Source: Cercozoa sp. M6MM (Eukaryota > Protista > Endomyxa: Ascetosporea). From it: 37,364 nt of DNA. The notes beneath the pieces are model-generated. The model was given only the letters and a program-made list of their open reading frames with translations, did not search any database and was not told where the DNA came from. Position numbers and translations under genes: made by a program. The stretch lies in assembly GCA_040357565.1 (NCBI GenBank), contig JBDODJ010000110.1; one strand, 5' to 3'. Positions 22,114-33,401 of this stretch are shown piece by piece; position 1 is the first letter of the stretch, and every line of letters begins with the position of its first letter.

Positions 22114-25100
22114 CACCGAGGTGGCCCTGTGTGCGCGCAGGGGAGACACTGGCGCGCTACGACTCGGTGCTGCAGGCGGCCTACGCACGGTACAGTCGCG
22201 AGTGCGACACGGTGCCGGTGTCGCGCTGCGCCGTGCACGTGAGCGATCACATGCCGAACAGTGCGGCCACTGACGGTGCGGCCAGTGTCGACACTGACGA
22301 TGACACCAACGGTGACACTGACGGTTCGGCCAGTGTCACTGACGGTTTGATGCGCCACGGTGTCACTGACGGTGTCACTGACGGTGTCACTGACGGTGAT
22401 CTCAATGATCCCGACGGTTTCACCGACGGTGATCGCGACGGTCCACACCGTCAGTACACGAGTAGTGATCAGATCGATCAGTGCGCGCGATCACTGTGGA
22501 CACGTGCCTATCTGGGCGCGACTCTCCTCGTGGTCACCGTGACGGTGCTGCAAATGATCGCACGCAGGAATCACACCGTCCTGATTGCCGCTGCCATCAC
22601 ACTGGTGCACGTGCCTCTCTTGGGCATCCTGCTGTCCGCGCGGATGTGGACATTGGCGCAGCGCGACCTGCGCGCTTTCCTACGGCGCATCCGCGCGGAT
22701 GGTTCTCTCCAGTACAGCACTGATTTGTTGCAGCTCGGCGTGCTCACGCGGTATGTCCCTTTCATTTTTCCTATCCTCCCCCCTCCCCCTATTTGACCCC
22801 TGCTTCACCCTGAATCGCCCTGCAGTGTGTGTTTCGCAAGTCGGCACGGTGTGCTGACCCGTGCGCACATGTCGCCTGCCCACATGTAATCAGCATCCCT
22901 CTGGCAACAACGATGGCTACAAATTGCTTTTTGGGGCAGTCTACTCAACGCCGAGGAGCCCATTCTGGTGGACGCACTTCTGGACGACGACGATTCCACG
23001 CGATCGACTTTCTCGTGTAGCCAGCTTTTGTTTTCTCGTTTGCTTTTCTTCAGTTTGACTGATCGTTTAAACTACTGACTCTTTCTGTCCGATAGTGGAA
23101 AGAACGAAACTAGACGCCCATTTAGCACTACTGAAGCCGCTCTCGCTTGCCACAGTTCTCACAGGCGACTGCACACGCCGGCATGTGTACCCGGTATCGA
23201 TCGTTTTTGGCGTTTCTTGCGTTTTGTGGAGGACTGATGTTTTAGAGTGTCTGCATGTGCGCACTCGGCGAAGACGTCGGGTTCAAACGCGAAATTGTGT
23301 TACGCGACTACACGCCCTTGCGTGGGTGTGTCTGCTGCTTTTTCTAACCTTGCTGCCTCTATCTTCTTGATTGTTGGGCAGCGACGGAACCGTGGTGGTG
23401 CAGAAAAATGGCCCAAGACCAACAAAGCAACTGTTCGCGCGTGGACCGCTGGAAACGATTCTTCCTCGCTGCACACACGCTTGGAGTGACGTTCGATCAG
23501 AGTATGCCTGTCTCGTCTTTGCTTGTGTCAGAAATTGCGAAGAAACTCCCTACATTTCAGTGAGGAAACTGGAACTGCCAAAATCGTCGTTTTTGAAAAA
23601 AGCAAGAAAGCCGCCGTCAAAGAGGTATCTAATGGCATATTTGGGATTCTATTATGTCTAGAAATCTTATAATGTAGGTGGTTCGCGGGTGGCGTGCCGA
23701 TGGCTTTCGCGCCGAAATTTTCGCTTTTTCACCAGTTGCGCCCTCGGACTCGAATCTAGGTGCTTTTCAGGCCTACAGCGTGTTTCGACTTGAATCAGCC
23801 ACCTTTATGCAGAAAAACGAGCTTTGATCTTTTTGGGCGCGATCGCATCGCGTCAGGCGCCTCGACGAGGTTCTTTTTCGTTTTTTTGTTTCAGTTTCCA
23901 GTGTGATTGAAGGCGTTTCATGTGCAGAGGTGCCAGCGTTGGTGGACTACTTTGCTTTGAATGGTGTGAACCTTTTTTCTGTGGCTTGTGCGCTTTAAAA
24001 GTCGTTTGTTCTTGTGAAAATAGGCATCCGAATGACGTTGTTTACAAGTCAAAAAATGCGGCACGTACGTGCTCTTGCCGATGCCATGGTAGGACCGTTT
24101 TTCTCACTGCGAGTCTCAAAAAGTCTCCTGTTTTTGCAGGGCATAGAAACTGACTTCAATTTCTGCATCACGCTGAACGAAGGCGAGCAAGAGGACGCCA
24201 ACATCAGTCGAATGCCACAAGGCGTGGCGCAACTTCGGAGGTACAGTTGCAGTACAGTTGGTAGTGACAGTACGGTTGACAGTGTTGAAACAAGCTAGTT
24301 CTCTGAGAGTACCGTGTGTATTCAGGCACTTGCGCGAAGTAGACAATGTTCCGTTGCTGGCGCCAATTTTCTGCGATGCCGACAAGGATTCCGCTGGCGC
24401 AGTTTTGGACATCTTTCGCAATCGGTAGTTTTTTCTGTTGTTGTCTTTCGCTGCATGGATTGTCTTGTTGTCTACAGAGGCGAAAGTATCTGCTGCGTGG
24501 CATCGTCGCTCCAGGACGGCGTGGTGTCGTTGTTCGATGCGTGTCAAGTCGCCGTGGCAGTGGACCCGTTGGCCGCGTCGCCGTGTCGACAGGAGGCGCC
24601 GCTTGGTGTGTCCGCACCGTGTTTTGAGGTGCTCGTATGGACCCGGTGTGCTGTTGCAGACTACGTGAAACGAAGTTTTGAGTGGACACTTGCCAGTGCG
24701 ATCAATACATTGGTGTGCGTGGTGCGACTGTCGCCAGAGTCGTCGTTGGAAGACTTTGCGCATTTGATGACACTGGCGCGACAGCAAGTACTGCGACTAC
24801 GTCGGCAGACGCGTGTGTTGCTGACAGTGACAACTTCATTGATGTTGACACAGCTCACGTTGCTTTTGTTGGGTACGGCTCCACTGGCCGTGTCGTTGCA
24901 TTCAATTGCACTGCCTGTCTTTGCTTTGCATTGGCTACTGGCTGCTATGCCTTTGGGTATCGTTGCTTTTTGTTGGGCTTTCTCTGTGACCTATGCTCTG
25001 AGCTGATGATGCAGAACGAGACACGAGTTCGCACATGGAGGCTTCGAAAGAGGACGAAGGCGACGCGGCCGTGCAGCGACAGAGTCGCGGTCGCTTCCTG

Positions 25101-25739
25101 CGCACACTGTACCTGTCGGTGTTCGTGTCGGCCTATCTGGTTGCTGTTCATCTGGTACGACAAAGCACGTGTTATATTGTGATGGGCTTGGATTCGAGAG
25201 TGTATCGTTACACAGACCTGGCTGCACTGGGTGCAAGATGACTTTGAGTGGATCGGCTCCTACTGGAAGAACACGCAGGATCCAACCTGGTCGAGGCATC
25301 ACTCTGTCGTCATGGTCAATACGGTACCCTTGTTCTGCTTGTGAGTGTTTTTAATCATGAATCGGGCTTTCGTTGTGTTAGATCTCGATTTGGCTGGCCA
25401 TTATCGCCGTCACTTTCGTGCCTTCGTGGGCTTTCCTTCTCGCTCTTGGCAAAGGCACGGTGCTAGTCGCGCTGGGAGCCATCTTGAGTGCTCAGCTGGC
25501 GTCGTCGGCCTCCTTGTCGCCGGCACTCGTGCCTGCATTGGTCGTGCTGCTGACTCCCTTCCTGTTGGCCTTGGTACTCCCCACTTGTGTGCAGTGTTTT
25601 CACCTGCTGTTACAATCCTTCTTGTGTTCTGCAGTTGTGTCGCTACGTGTGGCGTGTCGAGCAACGGCACGAAACTCGCCGGTTGCGCAAGTTGCGTCTC
25701 ATGTTTGACACCAAACTCGGCATGCACAGTCCACGCTGA
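21112..25739 (+). CDS. TMEM94: Transmembrane protein 94 / ERMA-like (P-type ATPase-related), multi-exon
   Basis: VRRDAAWHRLPPNLLVPGD, IFLGAIASRQAPR, MGIETDFNFCITL, RMPQGVAQLRRHLREVDNVPLLAPIFCD, GESICCVASS, VAVAVDP and C-terminal LRLMFDTKLGMHSPR* all match TMEM94 motifs. Confidence 0.9.
22031..22112. repeat. (TG)n microsatellite beginning at an intron donor
   Basis: About 41 TG units; the intron GT is supplied by the repeat itself. Confidence 0.95.
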
Positions 25740-26065
25740 CTCACACTGATGATATCAATTGACTCTCGGCCGGATAGTGTTTGTTTGGCGGTTTTTGAAA
25801 GTTGTCGGTGGTTTCTTGTCGGTGGTTTCTTGTAACTCGAAACATCAGATCTGATCGCTCAGTGCTGACCATTATCTGAACAGATCAATAAAGTCACGTG
25901 ATCTGCCCATCGCCCGAGAAGTCCCAAACGGCTGAGCGTTTGACTACTCCTGTTGCACTGGAAACAATAACCTGCCGCGAGTCCGTGTGTGCACAAGCAA
26001 CAGCGAAAGGGTTTGCGTACCCTGGTCAGCTCGGGGGCAGAGCGTGCAGGCTTTCGTGCTCGGCA

Positions 26066-28492
26066 ATGTCGCAATCTGTCGAATTGACCGTGGACACCAG
26101 CCACGTGCAAGCAGGAGTAGCTAACATCAATGCCAAGCGAGACAAGTCCAAGCCTGACTCAGTGCAGCTTGATGTGGCTGATTGGAAGTTCAGTCTCGCG
26201 TGCAAGCAGCAGAGGGTACAATTTTTCGCTTTTGGTCAGTTTCGATCACTTGCGGATCAGGGTGCTATATTGTGATTGTGCGTTTCTCAAAAGTCATTCG
26301 TGTTTGTCTTGTGGTTTGCTTTCGTGCAACAACAGGTTCTGGTGGGTGCGATATGGCTCGCTGCGCTGGTGCCCGTGATCGGGAGTCTGGTCCTGGGCGT
26401 GCAGGTGCGGAATCTGCTGCACAAGCAAATGCCGGCAGCGATGGAGGCTTCTTTTGATTTTGTGGCGCTGGGACTTTCGCGCGCGCAGCAAATTGGCGTG
26501 GCCTTCACGACGATCTTCCAGCCCGCGTTGCTGAGCGACCTGAGTGCGCGCTACGGCTTTGATGCTTTCGCCGAGGCCAGCACTGTGGTCGAAGGTGAGC
26601 GCTTCTGGGCTGAGCTGCGCGCTGTCACGGAAGACTACGCCACGCGCCTTGTACGAAACGACCTGGCGCCCAAAACTGCCTCTGAGTTCGCGAACACCTA
26701 CATTCCCTTCATGCAGCGTCAGATGCCGTGGGAAAGCGTTTGTTTTTTTTTTTTTTTTTGTTTTTGTCTATTGGTAGATTAGATAAATAAGTTGGGCACA
26801 TTTTGTATAATTTTTGAGCAGCAAGGCATGGAAAAAGCTCGCACGGCGACGAATGAGACGGAACTGCTGCAGGCACAGGAATTCATGTCATTTCGGATGC
26901 CTGAAAAGAACAACGAAACGTACTTTAACATCCCGGTCCTGACGTCCTCGCTGGTGAAGGTGCAGGTGGCTAATGCTGCTGATCTCGCCGATCTAAAGCA
27001 GGATGGGCGTCACACACGCGAGAAGGCCGTCCGGTGGGCCATTGCCGGCGTTTCTGTCGTAAGCGTTTCTCTGTGTTCTGTTTTTCCATGTATAAGACTT
27101 TTGGTTATTTGGCAGCTCTGCCTGGCACTGGTGATGGCCGCGCTGACGACAGCGAAAGTTCACAGCGCGGAGGAAAAGCTAAAGCAGGCGATTCGTGCGA
27201 GTCGACGACGATTACGACGGCGCATGGATCTGGATGAGATTCGACTGGTGGTGACATCGCCCTCGGCCGAGTCCAACGTGATTTTTGGAAATGATGATGA
27301 CAACGAGGACGAAGGGAGACTTGAGTCGGAGTCGCCGAGAAGTGACGCCGGCAGCAGCGACGCTGGCGACGATCGGCGCAGCTACATGGGCGAGTCCGTG
27401 CTGAGTGGCAGCACGCGACTCTCGCACCACACGGGTGGCACGGGCACCTCGGGCAGTCGCGCCACGTCGACGAGCCCCAGCAGCACGGACTGGCGGCGGC
27501 GTGCGCAACGCACACTCAAGCAGAAGGACCGCATCGTGTCTCTGTCCTTCCTGCTGTGCTGGACGCTTCTGATGCTGTCCACGGTACCTACCCTTTGCTC
27601 ATTATGTACCTGTTTTATTTGTTTCTTTGTTTATTGTATCAGAGTCTGTTTTTAAATACATTTATTGACTTGTGTCGATATGCTTAAATTATACTGCCTC
27701 GTATTTTGATATAACATCCTTGCATGCTCCGCATTCGGCACAGGTACTGTTCTGGGTGCAAGCCGAGCAGGCCGAGGACGACGTGAAGGACATCGCCGAC
27801 GTGCAGGTGCCACTAGCTACCAAGTCCTACAAGGTCGTGTCTGACTTTGAATCCGCCTGGTCGGCCGTCATGTTGGCTGGTAGTCACACCTTCCAAAGCA
27901 GGGAGGTCAAAGGGAAGGGAAGGGTAAAGACAACCGGTGTGTGCAGTGACGGCTGAGAGCGACTCGATTCGCGAACTCTACTCGAACATGACGTTCGTGA
28001 CACTGGGCCAGTTTCAGACTTCGTGGCAGCAGATCGAGGCGCTATCACAGCCGCCGCCCGAGGCCGTGGCGAGTGCCGAAACGTACATGCAGACACTGGG
28101 CTTGATTGCGCAGAAGACCTTCCGCGGCGGCAACAACGCCACAGTGGCCGAGGCGCGTGTGCTGTTCAACAGCACGCTGCAGGAGTCGATGCAGCAGCTG
28201 CTGGAGTACGCCGTGCCGCTGCGCGACACGATCGTGCGCGACGTTGACGAGGTGACGGACTCGGTGCAGCGGCGCATCAACACGGCACTCGGCATTGCCG
28301 TGGCCGCCCTCATCATTGGCGTGCTGGTGGCCGTCTTCCTCGTGTCTGCTGAGAACAAGCGAGCCGACGCGCTGCAGCTGCACTGGAACGCGCGCACCTG
28401 GTCGCTCGAGCGCGTCATTGACCACGCTGAGCTGTGCCCGATGCTGCTCAAGCAGGCGCAGGAACTCTACTGTATCTCACTTCTACACACAT

Positions 28493-28524
<32 letters not shown>

Positions 28525-29042
28525 CCGGTGCAGGCGGCGAGAACGTGGACTTCCTGTCGGCCTACCGCATGGCGGCGCGCAACGGCCTGACGTCGCAGCA
28601 TCTGGCGGAGCTATACCACCGGTTTCTGCACAGCAAGGCGCCCGACATGCTCAACATCAGCCACGAGCTGCGCAGTAAGGTGGCCGACCTGTTCGAGCAG
28701 ACTTCGCAGGATGAGGTGCTCAGCGGCGTCGATGCCGAGGAACGTGCCGCGCGCGAGCGGCAGGCTATGATCCTCGCCGAGAAGGACCCGGTGCTGCGAA
28801 CGCGACGACTGCGCGCGCTCGCCACGGTGCACGAGGAGGTCAGTCGACTCGTCTCAACTAACCTGCTGCAGACGTTGTTGCAGTCCACTGGTGCCACTTT
28901 CTTCCTTTGTTTTTCCTTTGTTCTGTCTTATTGTTCATTTGGGTGTTGTGACGCAGAGTTCGTGAACTGGCAGCGTGAGCATCGCGCGCACGCCGAGTTG
29001 GAACTCAAACTGCTGCAAAAGCGCGCCGGCCTGCGCGTGTAA
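26066..29042 (+). CDS. Four-TM protein with two helical extracellular modules and a C-terminal RGS domain (786 aa; exons 26066-26215, 26336-26737, 26822-27058, 27116-27583, 27744-27879, 27947-28471, 28534-28890, 28957-29042)
   Basis: All seven introns are GT-AG and phase-consistent (2361 nt including stop). RGS motifs: WSLERVIDH...ELYCGENVDFL, LYHRFLHSKAPDMLNIS, EVSRLVSTNLLQTLLQSTEF. Four hydrophobic helices. Confidence 0.85.
28493..28520. repeat. (TA)n microsatellite in an intron
   Basis: 14 TA units within intron 28472-28533. Confidence 0.9.
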
Positions 29043-29673
29043 AGACAATGATAAAGCTACACCTCCGTCCTGTCAACACTCGTCACGTCACACCAACACC
29101 TCCGCTCTTAGCTTCCCCGAGCTTAGTTAGTTAGTTCAGTCTTCTAAGAACGTTGAAGCTTGGCGACACGCAAACGTGCGTCATTGGGGCGCGAGGTCGT
29201 TCACTACACGTCCACGCAGATTCCCTTGGCGTCAACGTTCGCCCTGCAGCAGTCTCGTCTCAGTCCTGGTTGGCGTCCAGCGGCCCTCCGCGTCAAAGTC
29301 TTGGGCGTCACACAGTGGCAGACTGACGTCGACAGCGACGATCGATACGTCATGGTTGCTACAGGATCGCGGAGACGACGACGACGGCACACGGCTCGAC
29401 GTCGTCTGGGAGTCGGCGTTCAAGCGCCGACGTAGCACACCTTTAGCCGGGCGGCGACGGCGGCGGACGACTCTTGCGTCCAGCGGAGTGAGTCACATCG
29501 TGCCCACTTCCCCGAGCTTAGTTGGTTGGTCACGCTACCTTGTCATCGCATCCAATAGGAACCTAACGTGAGTACTAGTGTTGCGTTGGCCGCGTCGGAT
29601 CCACCGATCGGACAGATGGTCCGTCAGTGCGAGTGTGAATGTAACTTAGTCATTAGCACAAGTATCAAGGAAA

Positions 29674-31909
29674 TCAAAGTCTCCCACGACCAGATAATCC
29701 GAACTTGGGACGGCGAGGGCGCCGAAAGGAAGGTTCCGACCTGTCTCGGTCGGGACGCGAGTCACTCAAGTCGTGAGTGCCCAACGAGATGTAACTCATC
29801 TTAACATTTGGCCTTGGCCCTGAAGAGGACCTCCGATTTGGCGGTGTGCGCAATCGCAACCGATCGCTGCTGGAAGCTGATGAGGAGGAGCGGTTGACGT
29901 TGCGAAGAAAGAGACTTTGTGGGCCGGATGACGAGAGTTTTGACGGGCGTGGAGCAGCGAAACTCGAGGTCGTTTTGCTGCGCTCGCGTCGAGAGGAAGC
30001 AGATTGCGGTCGTTTCGGTCGATGCACTACCACGCCAACGCTGCCAACGCTTGTGCTGGTGTCCATGGTATCGTAGGAGTGTCGGCGACGAAAGCTGCTG
30101 CGTCGCTTGACTGCAGATTTCAGCTTCTCCTGTGTCGGCGTGGTCGAGGTCGACGTGGAAGCCGCCTCCTCGGCTTTCACAGTGTCGAGGTCCCTTTCGA
30201 GCTCTTCATGAGAAACGCTGGAGGAAGAAGACGTGCTTTGCTGGCTCTCTTGATTTTTACTCCTCTCGCCGACTCTGCATCGGTACCACTTGCAGTGCTT
30301 GACTTTAAGGATTGACCCTGTAGACCCTGCGGAAGGATACGCACATAGTATCCGGAATTATTTGAATAGAAAGAGATGCACGATACTTGAAGACGTAAGG
30401 ATGGGCGGAACGCTTTGATGCTCAAGGTCGTTAGGAGCAAACTGCACGCTGGTGTTAAAGGTCACTCTGCGTCCGTTGGACCGAGCTTCAAGATCTCCAA
30501 AAAAGTCGTCACTTTTACTTCTCACTTCGTCTGCTTCCCCATTGGGAATAAGAATCTGTACAGCATCCCCAGGGTGCAGTATAAATATATCTCTCCATCA
30601 AAACGATGAAAATATCAATCAATACCGTATGCTCATTGAGGAAGGTGTTTCGCGCTGTCAGTTCTTCGACGTCGTTACTCCGACTGCGAGTCAGCCATCG
30701 AGACTCCGTGTCGAGGTGATCGCTTTCGAGCAAAAAAAAAACAAGCAGTGCCACGAAACAACAGCACATTTGGGCATGTGTCGTCAGGGGAAACTAAATT
30801 ACCTCTCTCGTACCTTTGGACCAAGCAAGCGGGACAACTTCACCAATTGGGCGACAAGATAGGTTTTTGGACGGATCGTTGGCCTCCTGAAACTAATGTA
30901 CCTACAGAGAAGAGCTTGTAAACCAAAGTTTAGGACTGGAGTTAATGTATACTGTACATGGAATCAAAACAAACACACTCGAGAGCCTTTCGTGGTGACC
31001 AGCCAAACTTTAACATGAGGTAAACGGCCACCTACATCGGAGAAAAATTCCTTTGCAGTCAGCTTTGGGGTAGTTGATACAACAGAACGTGTTAAGTTAC
31101 CGCACAGCATGAACGAGACTCCCCATCGACGCCGTGAACGAGGACCGACGATCCGCTGCTCGCAGCGTTTTGAATAAAACTGCGCATGTGGGGTTTAAGT
31201 TAAACGTAATCTACATGCACACAAGAAACTTAAAGTAGAAGCGCAATGTACCGGTATATCTTGCGAGCGACACGTCCTTTTTCGTCGAATACCGTGCCAC
31301 CAGTGGACGAATCTGGCCACCGGAAAGTGAGGTAGTGAACACCGAGTCGCGAGAAGAGATTCGGGACGATCTACGTAGATATTACAGGCAATAAAACCTC
31401 TAGCAAAGACAAGGCAAACAGAGTACATGTCCGCAGCAGTTTATGACGTAACTGCACTGCACAGACGTTAAGAAATCAAGGTCTTGCGCTGCATCACGAT
31501 TCCCCAGAAACAAGCCGTCCAGAATCCGGTTGGCGTTGAGAAACTGCTGGCTTGATGGTAATGTTGGCAATGCAAACTGCAATGCACGACAACAAACACC
31601 AAGATGGCAGAGAACAGTAAATGCTGAAATAGAGCTACCTGGCCATCTTTCTCCAGCAAGAAACTGCCACGAAGATAAGAGTCGAACTCTTGAGTCGCAG
31701 TATTTGACGGCCGCAAGCTGGAGGTTGAAGGACGCTTCGCACGCGGTGCTGGGCTTAAAGAAGAAGTGGGACGGGCTACAAAAGAGACAACTTAGTGATT
31801 GTATTGCCGGTACGGCATTCAGGACAAAACCTGCAAGACTTAAAGCAATCTCACTCCTGGCCGAAGACGGCCGGCGCAAGCTACTTCGCCGTGGTAGAGC
31901 GAAATGCAT
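29674..31909 (-). CDS. Dual-specificity phosphatase-fold protein, catalytically dead (HC to HG), with a long disordered tail; multi-exon
   Basis: Spliced ILDGLFLGNRDAAQDLDFL...VINCCGHIVPNLF...YLTFRW...FIQNAASSGSSVLVHGVDGESRSCCAVAVYLMLKFGWSPRKALEYISFRRP...EELTARNTFLN. The 3' end may extend toward 29230. Confidence 0.8.
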
Positions 31910-32051
31910 GTAGCGTGCCACGTTTTGGCCGCCCTTAGTTCAAGCCAGCAAGGTATAGGCCTCGAGTCAAAAAGAAAGAAACCCTTCAGGTTGAAGCGAA
32001 GAACGAGAAACGCTCGCGTCAGCCGGCGCAAAGTGAGACAGTTTGATTACT

Positions 32052-33189
32052 CTAGTTTAAACGAGACTACAGTACTCAGTGCGTATTGGGCAGACGTACG
32101 TCCGCACACGACTGACGTGAAAAATTACTGTACGTCGCAGTGCAAGGTCGTGCGGTGTCCGATTCAGCAGGAAGAGTGCATCGACTGTGTGTGTGTGTGC
32201 AGTTGGAGGGGGTCTTAGTGTAGGAAGGGGTAGAAGAAGGGGTAGTAGGGTAGCGTAGGAAAGGGTCGTAGGGTAGGGTACAGTCGTGCAGCAGACTGGC
32301 AGAAACTTAGTGCACATGCGGCACCGTGATGCACTCGCGGTGCAGGTAGCTCGCCATTCGGCGCCATGTCTCTTCTATAGATGTGCGCTCACGTCGACGT
32401 CCCGTCCATGGATAGCAGGACCTTTCGCGGCACTACATCGTTCAATGTAGTGTTTGCTGATGCAGACGGGTGTAACTATCCATACTGTACACTAAAGCGG
32501 AGTTCAGTTAGCCTGTCGTTTCTTTCTTTTTTTGTCCTATAACTGTAAATTTTACAGTTCTACGGTTAATGGCGGATCTGTGTCCTGCAGAAATGGGCTA
32601 AAACTATTCGATATGCACTAACAATAGTTTAAGACACTCTCCGAACACAGTTTAAAGTGGCATCGTGGACGGAAAGAGATTCGCCTGTCTAACCACTGAA
32701 CACAGTTTACAACAGGTACACGTAGCTATCTATAAAGTAGAGTTCAGTTCGCCTGCCGCTTCTTTTCTTGGTGACTGAACAGTACTACATTAGTTTAGCC
32801 CAATTTTTCAGTTTCTTTTTGGTACAATATGCTAGAATTCGGCTCAGATGCAGCGTTCACGGTCAATCTTTCAGTTTGAGCTGACGTGCCGGATACGCTC
32901 AGGTTAACCGGCGGAAGGCGCGGGACTACGTGGAGACGATGCAGCCTCGGACTCGACTTCTTCTGCTCCCATGCTCCCAGGGTACAAGGACAGTTAATTT
33001 GCCGGTGTATTTTAGTTTCAGTTTAAGAATAGATTTTACAGATGAACAGAATTAAAGCGTAAATACGTATATGGATAGCAGATAGCAAAAAAGAGAAAGG
33101 CAGTTTGTTGATATATATACCGGTGCGTTGCACGCGCAGCACCGCGTTCAGCAGCTCGTACTGCACGGTTGTAAAACTGAAATGTTGGC

Positions 33190-33245
<56 letters not shown>

Positions 33246-33345
33246 NNNNNNNNNNNNNNNNNNNNNNNNNNNNNNNNNNNNNNNNNNNNNNNNNNNNNNN
33301 NNNNNNNNNNNNNNNNNNNNNNNNNNNNNNNNNNNNNNNNNNNNN

Positions 33346-33401
<56 letters not shown>

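Noticed and set aside
21757-22394. CRISPR-like array
   Set aside because: Tandem 12-bp units without unique spacers, in frame within eukaryotic exons; no cas genes.
21503-22448. ORFs with poly-CV or poly-HT peptides (also 33105-33530)
   Set aside because: Translations of intronic (TG)n microsatellites.
25802-25833. 14-bp tandem duplication TTGTCGGTGGTTTC upstream of the RGS gene (and a 13-bp duplication at 4470-4497)
   Set aside because: Two-copy slippage duplications with no evidence of function.
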